From: an uncultured cyanobacterium
GTDB taxonomy: Bacteria; Cyanobacteriota; Cyanobacteriia; PCC-9006; JAAUQQ01
Reading direction: 5' to 3'
DNA: 64,000 bases
Assembly (NCBI GenBank): GCA_963718615.1
Contig: OY970368.1
Coordinates: 4,480,001 to 4,544,000, forward strand
Shown here in pieces: positions 1-10,223 of this stretch. Made by a program: the position numbers and the translations under genes. How positions within the stretch are numbered: the stretch's first letter is position 1; the number at the start of each line of letters is the position of its first letter. A model generated the notes under the pieces. The model searched no databases, had not been told where the DNA came from, and saw only the letters and a list, made by a program, of their open reading frames with translations.

Positions 1-96
1 TGCTGCCCTGGGCGAGTACCGAGAAGCCATCCATGCCTTTCACAAAGCCTTAGAGGTTCAGCCCCACGCCACTATCAATCGCGTTTTGTTGTTGGA

Positions 97-2695
97 ATGC
101 ACCACTCGTCTCTCCTAAAGCGAGTGACCTGGCTGATGCCAGTGACGGCTGCATTGCTGAGCAGCGGTGCGCTGTTGTCCATCTGTATGCTGATCAGTCA
201 GACCGAAAATCATCGGTATCAGCAGGCTCAGCGATTGGAGGTGCTCACCCAGGCTAGCTTTGTACGCGATCGCCTCGAACAATCCGTTAACGAAAAGCTC
301 GCGATCGTTGAGGGCATTGCCGCCTATGTGGCCCAAAACCCAGAGGTCACCCAGGCAGAATTTGAGCGGCTGGCCCAGGCCTTACTCTCGCGCCATCCTG
401 AGATTCGCAGCACGAACCTCGCTCGCCACTCGGTGATTAGCCATATTTATCCCTTAGCTGAAAATCAAGCGGTATTGGGATTAGATCTACTGGCACTTCC
501 AGAACAGCGGTCAGCGGTGCAGCGGGCCATTCAAACCCAGCAATCCATCGTGGCCGGTCCTATGCATTTGGTCCAAGGCGGCGTGGCTTTTGTGAATCGC
601 ACCCCGATTTTGCTCAACGCGTCCTCCGCTTCGCCCACCTATTGGGGTCTTGCCAGTATCGTTTTGGATGCAGCGCCTCTCTATGAGAAAGCGGGGCTAA
701 ACCAGCATCCGTTTGGGTTGAAATTTGCGTTGCGAGGAAAAGATGGTCTTGGGGCTGTCGGAGCCGTTTTTTGGGGTGATACCCAACTGTTTGACCAACA
801 GACCATGCTGCTCAAGATTAAGCTTCCTCACGGTTCCTGGCAGCTAGGCGTGATCCCCCAGCAAGGATGGGCGAGGCGATCGCCCCTTTTCCCCTGGATT
901 TGGTCTATTGGCGGGGGGATCAGTCTTGGGGCCGGGATCTTGGTAGGCGCGTTGCTCTACGAATCTCAGCGTCTCAATCAAGCAAAGGCCGCAGCGGAGG
1001 TGGCTAATCAGGCCAAAAGCAGATTCTTGGCAAATGTCAGCCACGAACTGCGGACGCCGCTCAATGCCATTTTGGGGCTGAGTCAGTTGATGCGCTGGGA
1101 TCTCGACCTGAGCGCCGAACAGCAGGAAAATCTCCGGATTATTAATACCAGTGGCGAACATTTGCTGGCGTTAATTAACGATGTCTTGGAAATGGCAAAG
1201 ATTGAGTCAGGGCATACCACGCTCAATCCTCAAGAGTTTGATTTTTACAGTCTGCTAGATTCGCTCTACCAGCTCTTGGCGATTCAGGCGATGGAAAAAA
1301 ATCTATTGCTTGAATTTCAGCGAACCGCAACGGTTCCTCAGCGAATTTATGCCGATCCCCAAAAACTGCGTCGAATTTTGCTCAATCTCTTGGGCAATGC
1401 CATTAAATTTACGGAACAAGGTCGCGTAGTTTTGCAGGTGGATAGCAGGGGAGAAGGGCGATCGCTCCAACTCCAATTCACCGTTACGGATACCGGCATT
1501 GGCATTGCACCCGCAGATTTACCCCGCCTCTTTCAGCCCTTTGTGCAGGCAGGAAGACAATTTGATCACCAGACAGGCACCGGCCTAGGTCTGAGTATTA
1601 GTTATCAATTTGTCACCTTGATGGGCGGAAAAATTCAGGTTGAGAGCCAGGAAAACATCGGATCCTGCTTCCGATTTTCGATTGCGGCGATCGCCCTAGA
1701 CGCCTCTGCGGATTTACCGCCCATGGAACAAGCCCGACCCGTTCGTCTGGTATCCCAGCAGCCTCCGTTCCGCATTTTAGTCGTCGAAGACCACTGGCCC
1801 AGCCGTGAACTGCTGGTCAAACTATTGACCACCGTGGGATTTCTGGTCAAAACGGCAGCCGATGGCCAAGAAGCCATTGCCATCGCCCAATTTTGGCGAC
1901 CCCATTTAATTTGGATGGACATGCGCATGCCGGTTCTGGATGGCTATGCCGCTACGGAGCGGATTAAAGCCCTGGACCTTGAGCCCAAACCCATTGTGAT
2001 TGCTCTAACCGCCAGTGCATTTGAGGAAGAGCGACAGCGGGCGATCGCCAGGGGCTGTGATGATTTTGTGCGCAAACCCCTCAAGGACGGCCTCATTCTC
2101 CACAAAATGGCAGAGCATTTAGGTGTTTGCTATGAACCGCTAGAAGGTCCATCCGTAAGGAATTCGGGGGCGATCGACTCCCGCCCGCTCAAGATTTTGG
2201 TGGCGGAGGACAATCTGGTCAATCAAAAGGTCATCCAGCACATGCTCAAGCGCTTGGGCCATGGGGCAGATCTCGCCCATGATGGGCTCGCGGTGTTAGA
2301 GGCCCTTCAGGAACAGCCCTACGATGTCATTTTCATGGATTTGCAAATGCCGCAACTGGATGGCTTAGAAACCACCCGCCGGATTTTCCAGTTGGACGAT
2401 GGTTGGCTAGAAGCATCCGCTGCTTTTCCTCAGGGTACTGTTCCCCACCCAGATACTGTCCCTCAAGCAGCTACTGCTCGGCGTAACTATCCTTGGATTG
2501 TGGCCGTTACTGCGAGCGAAGCCCCAGAAGGAGATTCAGGCTTGTTTGGATGCAGGGATGGTGGCTCATCTGCAAAAACCGCTCAAACTGGAACAGCTTG
2601 AACAGGTCTTAGCCAAGTTGCAGGAGAGGATTGAGGGCGATCGCCTTGCGTTCCATTCCCGCCCACTCAATTCCAGCCCTAGGTATCAAAATTGA
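97..2695 (+). CDS. CHASE-domain hybrid sensor histidine kinase with two receiver domains; apparent +1 frameshift near 2528 in the second receiver
   Basis: Two TM segments flank a CHASE-like region. H-box [17 protein letters not shown]-box [11 protein letters not shown]-boxes DTGIGI and GTGLGL. Receivers WMDMRMP and FMDLQMP. The end of receiver 2 ([17 protein letters not shown]) lies in the +1 frame ORF 2498..2695. Confidence 0.9.
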
Positions 2696-3980
2696 GCCGC
2701 TTGGCCACGGATTGCACATCCTTATCTCCCCGTCCCGAACAATTCAGCACAATGCGAGGACTTCCCTCCAACTGCGGGCACAGCTTATCCAAATAGGCCA
2801 AGGCATGGGAGGTTTCCAGCGCTGGAATAATCCCTTCCAATCGCGAAACCCACTGAAATGCCGCCAGGGCTTCATCATCGGTGACGCTGTAATATTCTGC
2901 GCGCCCCTGCTCCATCAAATAACTATGCTCGGGACCCACACCGGGATAATCCAGGCCCGCACTGATGGAATGGGCTTCGATAATTTGTCCATCTTCGTCC
3001 TGGAGCAAATAGCTCATGGCCCCATGCAGGACACCAACGCGGCCTTTGGTTAGCGTCGCCGCATGTTTCTGGGTCGTCACGCCTTCCCCCGCCGCTTCGA
3101 CGCCAATGATTCTGACGCTAGACTCATTAATAAATTCATTAAACAATCCCATGGCATTGGACCCCCCGCCCACGCAGGCCATGAGAATATCCGGTAGCCC
3201 ACCCCATTTCTCTTGGCATTGCCGCCGCACTTCCTGGCCGATCATCGAATGAAATTCCCGCACAATCATAGGGTAGGGATGGGGACCGGCCACAGATCCC
3301 AGAATGTAGTGGGTGTCTTCAACATTGGTGACCCAATCCCGAATGGCTTCTGAGGTGGCATCCTTGAGCGTGCCGCTTCCCGCTGCCACTCCCCGAACTT
3401 CTGCCCCCATTAACCGCATGCGGAAGACATTGAGCGCCTGCCGCTCCATGTCCTGAACCCCCATGTAGATCACACAATCGATCCCAAAGCGCGCACAGAC
3501 CGTAGCAGTGGCCACTCCATGCTGACCCGCGCCAGTTTCGGCAATCACGCGCTTTTTGCCCATGCGCTTGGCCAGCAGGGCCTGCCCAAGGGCGTTATTG
3601 ATTTTGTGGGCTCCCGTATGGTTAAGATCTTCGCGTTTGAGATAGATCTGTGGGCCACCGCCATCCCCACGGGCGTAGCGCTCGGTCAGCCGCTCTGCAA
3701 AATATAGCGGATTGGGACGACCCACGTAATCTCGCAGGAGGTCCTGAAATTCTGCTTGAAATGCTGCGTCCGGATAGTACTGCTGAAATGCTTCTTCTAA
3801 CTCGCTGAGGGCTGGCATCAGCGTTTCTGGCACGTACTTACCGCCAAACTGCCCAAATCGACCCAAGGCATCGGGACGGGCTCCTAATGATGCGATCGCC
3901 TCCTGAATCGAAAGCGATGAATGGGCGTCAAAGGTGGACTGGAGCGGCGTAAAAGTCATGGGATCTGGGCTTTGGGTCAT
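2679..3980 (-). CDS. trpB: Tryptophan synthase beta subunit
   Basis: [16 protein letters not shown] (PLP lysine), [30 protein letters not shown]. Confidence 0.98.
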   Translation of the reverse strand: MTQSPDPMTFTPLQSTFDAHSSLSIQEAIASLGARPDALGRFGQFGGKYVPETLMPALSELEEAFQQYYPDAAFQAEFQDLLRDYVGRPNPLYFAERLTERYARGDGGGPQIYLKREDLNHTGAHKINNALGQALLAKRMGKKRVIAETGAGQHGVATATVCARFGIDCVIYMGVQDMERQALNVFRMRLMGAEVRGVAAGSGTLKDATSEAIRDWVTNVEDTHYILGSVAGPHPYPMIVREFHSMIGQEVRRQCQEKWGGLPDILMACVGGGSNAMGLFNEFINESSVRIIGVEAAGEGVTTQKHAATLTKGRVGVLHGAMSYLLQDEDGQIIEAHSISAGLDYPGVGPEHSYLMEQGRAEYYSVTDDEALAAFQWVSRLEGIIPALETSHALAYLDKLCPQLEGSPRIVLNCSGRGDKDVQSVAKRLNFDT

Positions 3981-4136
3981 GAAAAAGGGTTCCCCATTAT
4001 AGGCCGATGGGACTTCCCAGATCAGTACGCAGGGCCAGACTAGGGATAGACTAGGGCCAGATTTCCGTAGTACTCAGCCAACGAAAACACCGGCTAAGGA
4101 GCCGGGAGAACCTGATGACTTTTGGCATCTCAGAGC

Positions 4137-4325
4137 TTACGACCTAAAGCGGCGTTTGTTCTGACGGTGCCGAGCGACTAATTTGCGTTTGCGTTTTTCG
4201 GTAGGGGTTTCAAAGTGGCGATTTTTGCGCATGTCTGCGAAAATCCCTGCTTTAGAGACTTCCCGCTTAAATCGACGAAGCGCAGATTCGATACCTTCCC
4301 CATCTCCGGGTATTACTTGGGTCAT
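4137..4325 (-). CDS. rpsU: 30S ribosomal protein S21
   Basis: [12 protein letters not shown]...[13 protein letters not shown]; located downstream of rbp as is common in cyanobacteria. Confidence 0.95.
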   Translation of the reverse strand: MTQVIPGDGEGIESALRRFKREVSKAGIFADMRKNRHFETPTEKRKRKLVARHRQNKRRFRS

Positions 4326-4423
4326 CTAACTCTCATACATGGACGACTGAAAAAAGCTCGCTCCTGGCTTTCTCTCGGTCTGTTAGGACTGTGAAAAGAC
4401 AATCTCAAGAGCGAGCAAAGTAT

Positions 4424-4669
4424 TTACTGGCGCGGCTTAGCTTTATTGACCTTAAGATCTCGCCCCATCCACTCAGCTCCGTTCAGGGCTTCGATGGCAG
4501 CTTCTTCTTCGGACTCTGTCGCCATTTCAATAAAGGCAAAGCCTCGCAGACGACCTGTATCGCGATCGGAAACCAAGTGGGCACGCTTAACGGTTCCATA
4601 TTCCGCGAAAATTTCAGTTAGATCGTCTTGGGTGACGTCGAACGATAAGTTGCCAACAAAAACGGACAT
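4424..4669 (-). CDS. rbp: RRM RNA-binding protein (cyanobacterial Rbp family, no Gly-rich tail)
   Basis: RNP2 VFVGNL, RNP1 RGFAFIEM, ends LKVNKAKPR. Confidence 0.95.
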   Translation of the reverse strand: MSVFVGNLSFDVTQDDLTEIFAEYGTVKRAHLVSDRDTGRLRGFAFIEMATESEEEAAIEALNGAEWMGRDLKVNKAKPRQ

Positions 4670-4745
4670 AGGGCCTCCAGAAATGAAGATGAAGAGGACT
4701 TTCAGATCTGGAGAGACGCTTTTTAGGACGAATTACAAAATCGAA
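4670..4745 (-). promoter_or_regulatory. rbp 5' leader with a stem that sequesters the Shine-Dalgarno sequence
   Basis: In the mRNA, CUCCAGA (4713-4707) is complementary to UCUGGAG (4681-4675), which overlaps the GGAGG RBS. This resembles the conserved leader boxes of cold-inducible cyanobacterial rbp genes. Confidence 0.55.
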
Positions 4746-4819
4746 AGTAATGCCGTGAGCATAACACATTAGCGACCCCCAAAGCGCAGCAAACACCCTT
4801 GCAAAACACTTTGAAGCAA

Positions 4820-4847
4820 CAAAGCCCCCGCAATTGCGGGGGCTTTG
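4820..4847 (-). terminator. Intrinsic terminator of psaAB
   Basis: Perfect palindrome CAAAGCCCCCGC-AATT-GCGGGGGCTTTG 27 bp after the psaB stop. Confidence 0.85.
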
Positions 4848-4874
4848 CCTTGTCCTAATGAAGGGCGAGTCGGA

Positions 4875-7088
4875 TTACCCGAACTTGCTAGCCGTGGAGG
4901 CAATTAGGAAGGCGGCGTAGGTGAGGACAAAGCCCACTGCGAAGTGTGCCAAGCCAACCACACGAGCCTGAACGATGGAGAGTGCAACGGGCTTATCTTT
5001 CCAGCCAATCAGGTTGGCCAGAGGAGTCCGCTCATGTGCCCAAACAATCGTTTCAATCAGTTCTTGCCAGTAACCTCTCCAGGAGATCAAGAACATGAAG
5101 CCGGTTGCCCAAACCAGGTGTCCAAAGAGGAACATCCAGGCCCAGACCGACAGGTTGTTCGTGCCGAAGGGGTTGTAGCCGTTAATCAGCTGGGCAGAGT
5201 TCAGCCACAGATAGTCGCGGAACCAGCCCATCAGATAGGTGGAGGACTCGTTGAACTGAGCCACGTTGCCTTGCCATAGCGCCAGATGTTTCCAGTGCCA
5301 GTAGAAGGTCAACCAAGCCACGGTGTTCAAGGCCCAGAAGAGCGAGAGATAGAAGGCGTCCCATGCGGAGATGTCGCAGGTGCCGCCCCGACCGGGACCG
5401 TCACAGGGGAAGCTGTAACCGAAGTCCTTTTTGTCGGGCATGAGTTTGGAACCACGGGCATCCAAAGCACCTTTCACCAGAATCAAGGTGGTGGTGTGGA
5501 GACCCAGGGCGATCGCATGGTGAACCAGGAAGTCGCCAGGACCGATGGTCAAGAACAGCGAGTTAGAACCGCTATTGATCGCATCGAGCCAACCGGGCAA
5601 CCAAACATTGCCATGGTTCGGGAACGCCGTGTAGGCCACGCTGTCCGAATTAGACAGCAGGGTATCAAAACCGTAGATCAGCTTGCCGTGAGCCGCTTGG
5701 ATCCACTGAGCAAACACGGGTTCGATCAGGATTTGCTTTTCGGGAGTTCCGAAAGCAACGGTCACATCATTGTGAACGTAGAGGAAGAGGGTGTGGAAAC
5801 CCAGGAACAAGGAGACCCAGCTCAGGTGAGAGATGATGGCCTCTTTGTGGTCCAGAACCCGAGCGAGAACGTTGTTCTTGTTGGATTCGGGATCGTAGTC
5901 GCGCACCAGGAAGATCGCGCCGTGGGCAAAGGCCCCAACCATCAGGAAAATCGCAATGTACTGGTGGTGGGTGTAAAGCGCGGCTTGCGTGGTGTAGTCC
6001 TTAGCGATAAACGCGTAGGACGGCATCGAATACATGTGCTGAGCAACCAGGGAGGTCACAACTCCTAGGCAAGCTAGGTGCCAACCAAGCTGGAAGTGCA
6101 GCGAGTTGTTGTAGGTATCGTAGATACCTTTGTGGGCTTCACCTAGACGACCGGAAGGCGGCTTGTGCGCTTCCATGATCTCTTTCATGCTGTGACCGAT
6201 ACCGAAGTTGGTCCGGTACATGTGGCCTGCAACGATGAAGAGAACGGCGATCGCCAAATGGTGGTGAGCAATATCCGTCAGCCAAAGGGCTTCGGTCTGA
6301 GGGTGGAAGCCACCGAGGAAGGTCAGAATCGCAGTCCCAGCGCCCTGGGAAGTCCCAAAGACATGGCTTGCAGAGTCTGCATTCTCGGCGTACACGCCCC
6401 AGTTACCGGTGAAGAACGGCGTCAAACCTGCGGGGTGAGGCGCAACGGACAGGAAGTTATCCCAGCCGACGTGCTGACCGCGTGCTTCAGGAATGGCGAC
6501 GTGAACCAGGTGACCGGTCCAAGCCAAGGAGCTGACGCCAAACAGACCAGCCAAGTGGTGGTTGAGGCGGGATTCAGCATTCTTGAACCAGGCCAAGCTC
6601 GGACGGAACTTGGGCTGAAGGTGGAGCCAACCGGCAAACAGGAAGATAGCAGACAGGATCATCAAGAAGATGGAACCCTGGTACAGATCTCCATTCGTGC
6701 GCATGCCGATGGTGTACCACCAGTGGTAAACGCCAGAGTAGGCAATGTTTACCGGGGAAGAAGCGCCAGCTTGAGTAAAGGCATCGATCGCCCCTTGACC
6801 AAACTGGGGATCCCAAATCGCATGGGCGATGGGACGAACATTCAGAGGATCTTTGATCCACTGTTCAAAGTTGCCTTGCCAGGCGACGTGGAACAGGTTG
6901 CCGGAGACCCAGAGGAAAATGATTGCCAAGTGGCCGAAGTGAGAAGCAAAAATCTTTTGGTAAAGATTCTCTTCCGTCATGCCGTCATGGCTTTCAAAGT
7001 CGTGAGCCGTGGCAATCCCGTACCAAATCCGACGTGTTGTCGGATCTTGGGCCAGATCCTGGCTAAATTTCGGGAATTTAGTTGCCAT
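4875..7088 (-). CDS. psaB: Photosystem I P700 apoprotein A2
   Basis: [22 protein letters not shown]; FX motif [12 protein letters not shown]. Confidence 0.99.
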   Translation of the reverse strand: MATKFPKFSQDLAQDPTTRRIWYGIATAHDFESHDGMTEENLYQKIFASHFGHLAIIFLWVSGNLFHVAWQGNFEQWIKDPLNVRPIAHAIWDPQFGQGAIDAFTQAGASSPVNIAYSGVYHWWYTIGMRTNGDLYQGSIFLMILSAIFLFAGWLHLQPKFRPSLAWFKNAESRLNHHLAGLFGVSSLAWTGHLVHVAIPEARGQHVGWDNFLSVAPHPAGLTPFFTGNWGVYAENADSASHVFGTSQGAGTAILTFLGGFHPQTEALWLTDIAHHHLAIAVLFIVAGHMYRTNFGIGHSMKEIMEAHKPPSGRLGEAHKGIYDTYNNSLHFQLGWHLACLGVVTSLVAQHMYSMPSYAFIAKDYTTQAALYTHHQYIAIFLMVGAFAHGAIFLVRDYDPESNKNNVLARVLDHKEAIISHLSWVSLFLGFHTLFLYVHNDVTVAFGTPEKQILIEPVFAQWIQAAHGKLIYGFDTLLSNSDSVAYTAFPNHGNVWLPGWLDAINSGSNSLFLTIGPGDFLVHHAIALGLHTTTLILVKGALDARGSKLMPDKKDFGYSFPCDGPGRGGTCDISAWDAFYLSLFWALNTVAWLTFYWHWKHLALWQGNVAQFNESSTYLMGWFRDYLWLNSAQLINGYNPFGTNNLSVWAWMFLFGHLVWATGFMFLISWRGYWQELIETIVWAHERTPLANLIGWKDKPVALSIVQARVVGLAHFAVGFVLTYAAFLIASTASKFG

Positions 7089-7105
7089 AAGTCAGTTGCT
7101 CAACC

Positions 7106-9406
7106 TCATCCACTCACTGCAATGATTCGTGCTAGGAAGAAGGCCCAAGTTGTGCCAATCCCTCCCAGGAGATAGTGAGCTACACCCACTGCGCGACCTT
7201 GAGTAATGCTCAAAGCGCGAGGCTGGATTGCCGGAGCAACCTTCAGCTTGTTGTGAGCCCAAACAATCGACTCAATTAGCTCTTGCCAGTAGCCACGGCC
7301 ACTGAACAGGAACATCAGACTGAATGCCCAGACAAAGTGAGCGCCCAAGAAGATTAGACCATAGGCAGAGAGTGCACTGCCATAGCTCGTAATTACCTGG
7401 GAAGCTTGTGCCCAGAGGAAGTCACGCAGCCAGCCATTGATCGTAATCGCGCTGTTGGCAAAGTTGCCGTTGGCGATGTGAGAAATGGACCCATCTGCAT
7501 TAACCGTACCCCACACATCCGACTGCATCTTCCAACTGAAGTGGAAAATCACAATCGAGAGAGAGTTGTACATCCAGAACAGACCTAGGAAGACGTGGTC
7601 CCAACCAGAAACCTGGCAGGTGCCGCCCCGTCCAGGACCGTCGCAAGGGAACCGGAAACCCAGATTCGCCTTGTCGGGAACGAGCCGAGAGCTGCGAGCG
7701 TAAAGAACGCCCTTCAGCAGAATCAGCACCGTCACGTGAATTGTGAAGGCGTGAATGTGGTGAACCATGAAATCCGCAGTGCCAAGGGCAATGGGCATCA
7801 TGGCGACTTTTCCACCCACCGCTACAACACCACCGCCGAAGGCATGGCTGACAATGTCAGTTGCGCCAGGAGCAGTAGCACCACCCGCAGCCACTGCGTG
7901 GAGACTTTGAATCCACTGGGCAAAGACGGGCTGTAGCTTAATGGCTGAATCGGAGAACATGTCCTGGGGACGGCCCAAGGCACGCATGGTGTCGTTGTGG
8001 ACGTATAGACCGAAGCTATGGAAGCCAAGGAAAATACAAACCCAATTCAGGTGGGAGATAATTGCATCGCGATGGCGAAGAACGCGATCGAGCAGATTAT
8101 CTACATGCTGAGAAGGCACATAGTCACGAACCATGAAAATGGCTGCGTGTGCGCCGGCACCCACAATCAAGAATCCGCCAATCCACATGTGGTGAGTAAA
8201 TAGCGAAAGCTGAGTGGGGTAATCAACCGCAATGTAGGGGTAAGGAGGCATGGAGTACATGTGCTGCGCTACCAGAATAGATAGCGAACCCATCCACGCC
8301 AAGTTCCAAGACAACTGACAATGCCAGGAATTGGTGAAGATTTCATACATGCCCTTATGGCCTTCGCCAGTAAAGGGACCTTTATGAGCTTCAAGCACCT
8401 CTTTGAAGGTGTGACCAATGCCCCAGTTAGTACGGTAGTAGTGGCCTGCAATGATAAAGAGAACAGCCAGGGCCAAGTGATGGTGAGCTGTATCAGACAG
8501 CCAGAGACCACCGGTCACAGGGTTCAATCCACCTTTGAAGGTCAAGAAATCAGCATACACACCCCAGTTCAGGGTGAAGAACGGCTTGATCCCTTCTGCA
8601 AAGCTGGGGTAAATATCCGCCATGAGGCTGGGATTCAAAATCCACTCCTGGGGCAGTGGAATTGCACTCACTGAATCGATGAGCTTGCCACCGATTGTCA
8701 GAGGTGACCCTGCGTCAATTGCATCTAAACAAGCATTGATTGGCAAGGAGACATGAATCTGCTGCCCGGCATAACCTAAGCATCCCAAGCCCAGCAGACC
8801 TGCCAGGTGGTGATTCATCATCGATTCCACATTCTGGAACCACTCCAACTTGGGAGCAGCCTTGTGATAGTGGAACCAACCGGCAAAGAGCATCAGAGCA
8901 GCCATGACGAGAGCGCCAATGGCAGTGCAATAAAGCTCATAGGTGTTTGTTATGCCATTTGCACGCCACAGCTGAAATAATCCAGAAGTAATCTGAATGC
9001 CGTGGAAGCCGCCGCCAACATCACCGTTCAGGATTTCCTGACCAACGATAGGCCATACAACTTGTGCACTCGGTTTAATGTGAGTGGGATCACTCAGCCA
9101 GGCTGAGTAATTTGAAAAACGTGCGCCATGAAAATAGGCACCGCTCAACCAGATGAAAACAACAGCCAGGTGGCCGAAGTGAGCGCTGAAGATCTTCCGA
9201 GAAATATCTTCTAAATCGCTCGTGTGACTATCAAAATCGTGGGCGTCAGCATGAAGGTTCCAAATCCAAGTTGTGGTTTTGGGACCCTTCGCCAGCGTCC
9301 GGTCGAAGTGACCCGGTTGCCCCCACTTCTCGAAAGAAGTAGGAACGGGGTTGCTATCAACCGTCACCTTTGCTTTAGCGCCACGCTCCGGTGGACTTTT
9401 TGTCAT
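7106..9406 (-). CDS. psaA: Photosystem I P700 apoprotein A1
   Basis: [16 protein letters not shown]; [15 protein letters not shown]; operon with psaB. Confidence 0.99.
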   Translation of the reverse strand: MTKSPPERGAKAKVTVDSNPVPTSFEKWGQPGHFDRTLAKGPKTTTWIWNLHADAHDFDSHTSDLEDISRKIFSAHFGHLAVVFIWLSGAYFHGARFSNYSAWLSDPTHIKPSAQVVWPIVGQEILNGDVGGGFHGIQITSGLFQLWRANGITNTYELYCTAIGALVMAALMLFAGWFHYHKAAPKLEWFQNVESMMNHHLAGLLGLGCLGYAGQQIHVSLPINACLDAIDAGSPLTIGGKLIDSVSAIPLPQEWILNPSLMADIYPSFAEGIKPFFTLNWGVYADFLTFKGGLNPVTGGLWLSDTAHHHLALAVLFIIAGHYYRTNWGIGHTFKEVLEAHKGPFTGEGHKGMYEIFTNSWHCQLSWNLAWMGSLSILVAQHMYSMPPYPYIAVDYPTQLSLFTHHMWIGGFLIVGAGAHAAIFMVRDYVPSQHVDNLLDRVLRHRDAIISHLNWVCIFLGFHSFGLYVHNDTMRALGRPQDMFSDSAIKLQPVFAQWIQSLHAVAAGGATAPGATDIVSHAFGGGVVAVGGKVAMMPIALGTADFMVHHIHAFTIHVTVLILLKGVLYARSSRLVPDKANLGFRFPCDGPGRGGTCQVSGWDHVFLGLFWMYNSLSIVIFHFSWKMQSDVWGTVNADGSISHIANGNFANSAITINGWLRDFLWAQASQVITSYGSALSAYGLIFLGAHFVWAFSLMFLFSGRGYWQELIESIVWAHNKLKVAPAIQPRALSITQGRAVGVAHYLLGGIGTTWAFFLARIIAVSG

Positions 9407-9648
9407 CGAGACTCTCCTCTCTTAAGACAAGGAACGAGGCCCTCCTCCGCCCCGGATGAATGCTCCGAGGAGCCCTCATCCTTTTTGAATCAACCCGGCT
9501 TTGCGCCCCAAGAGGCGTTAGATTCGCCGGGTTTGCTCTTGTTAACGGTGTTTAGTGTGCTTTAGCTCAGTTGAATGGCTCTCTCTAGCGGTAAATCCAG
9601 GGATCGCCTCAAATTTAAGCCGGGGGGGAGTTCTTTCAGTGCATTATA
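9407..9648 (-). promoter_or_regulatory. psaA promoter -10 box and long structured 5' leader
   Basis: TATAAT on the minus strand at 9648-9643. The leader has an inverted repeat (CTCCTC...GAGGAG, about 9437-9478) and an RBS GAGGAG just before the ATG. Confidence 0.55.
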
Positions 9649-10223
9649 GAGGCCGCTCTGAAGGCCCCTTCGAGACGATTAACAATAATTCAAACTCAGG
9701 TTTTCCAAGAGTTTGCAGCGTCTCTACCTTTTTCGGCGAATACCTAAAGTCACGCTGAGTTGCGATCGCCGTTACAAAATGAAATATCTCTTTATTAGCA
9801 ACAAGAAAGCAGCCTCAAGATTCTCGTTTTTCCTTACTGGGCAAGGCGTTGCTGAATTAGCCTGGGGCGATCGCTCTAGCCCCCTTCCCTGGATCAACCT
9901 ATGTTAAAGATTGGTGATATTTATGCATATCATCCCTAAAGGGCTTCAGACTGGGCTCCCTGAATTCGTGAGGTTGTGAATCATTCCTGAACTAAATATT
10001 AATGTTTGTTCATAATCGGTCGATGGCGGGGGTAATCTAGGGCGCTAGTTGGAAACAGCGAGGCGAGAATTCCAGAAAACTAGGCTGGCTCCCCGGTAAA
10101 GGCTCAAAAATCTAAGCGAAGGCAAGAAATTGTAAAGGAGCTATGGATGATGCCCCACATCACGCCCTAAGCTTGGTAGGGATGAGAATCCTTTGACGTT
10201 GGTACTCGTGTGAGGTTCTGAGA

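Noticed and set aside
5286-7175. Long plus-strand ORFs (260 and 336 aa) opposite psaB
   Set aside because: Antisense shadows of a strongly codon-biased gene, with no recognisable motifs.
7106-9406. Far-red (FaRLiP) psaA2/psaB2 cluster
   Set aside because: No rfpABC, chlF or paralogous apc/psb genes nearby; the genes look like the standard psaAB operon.
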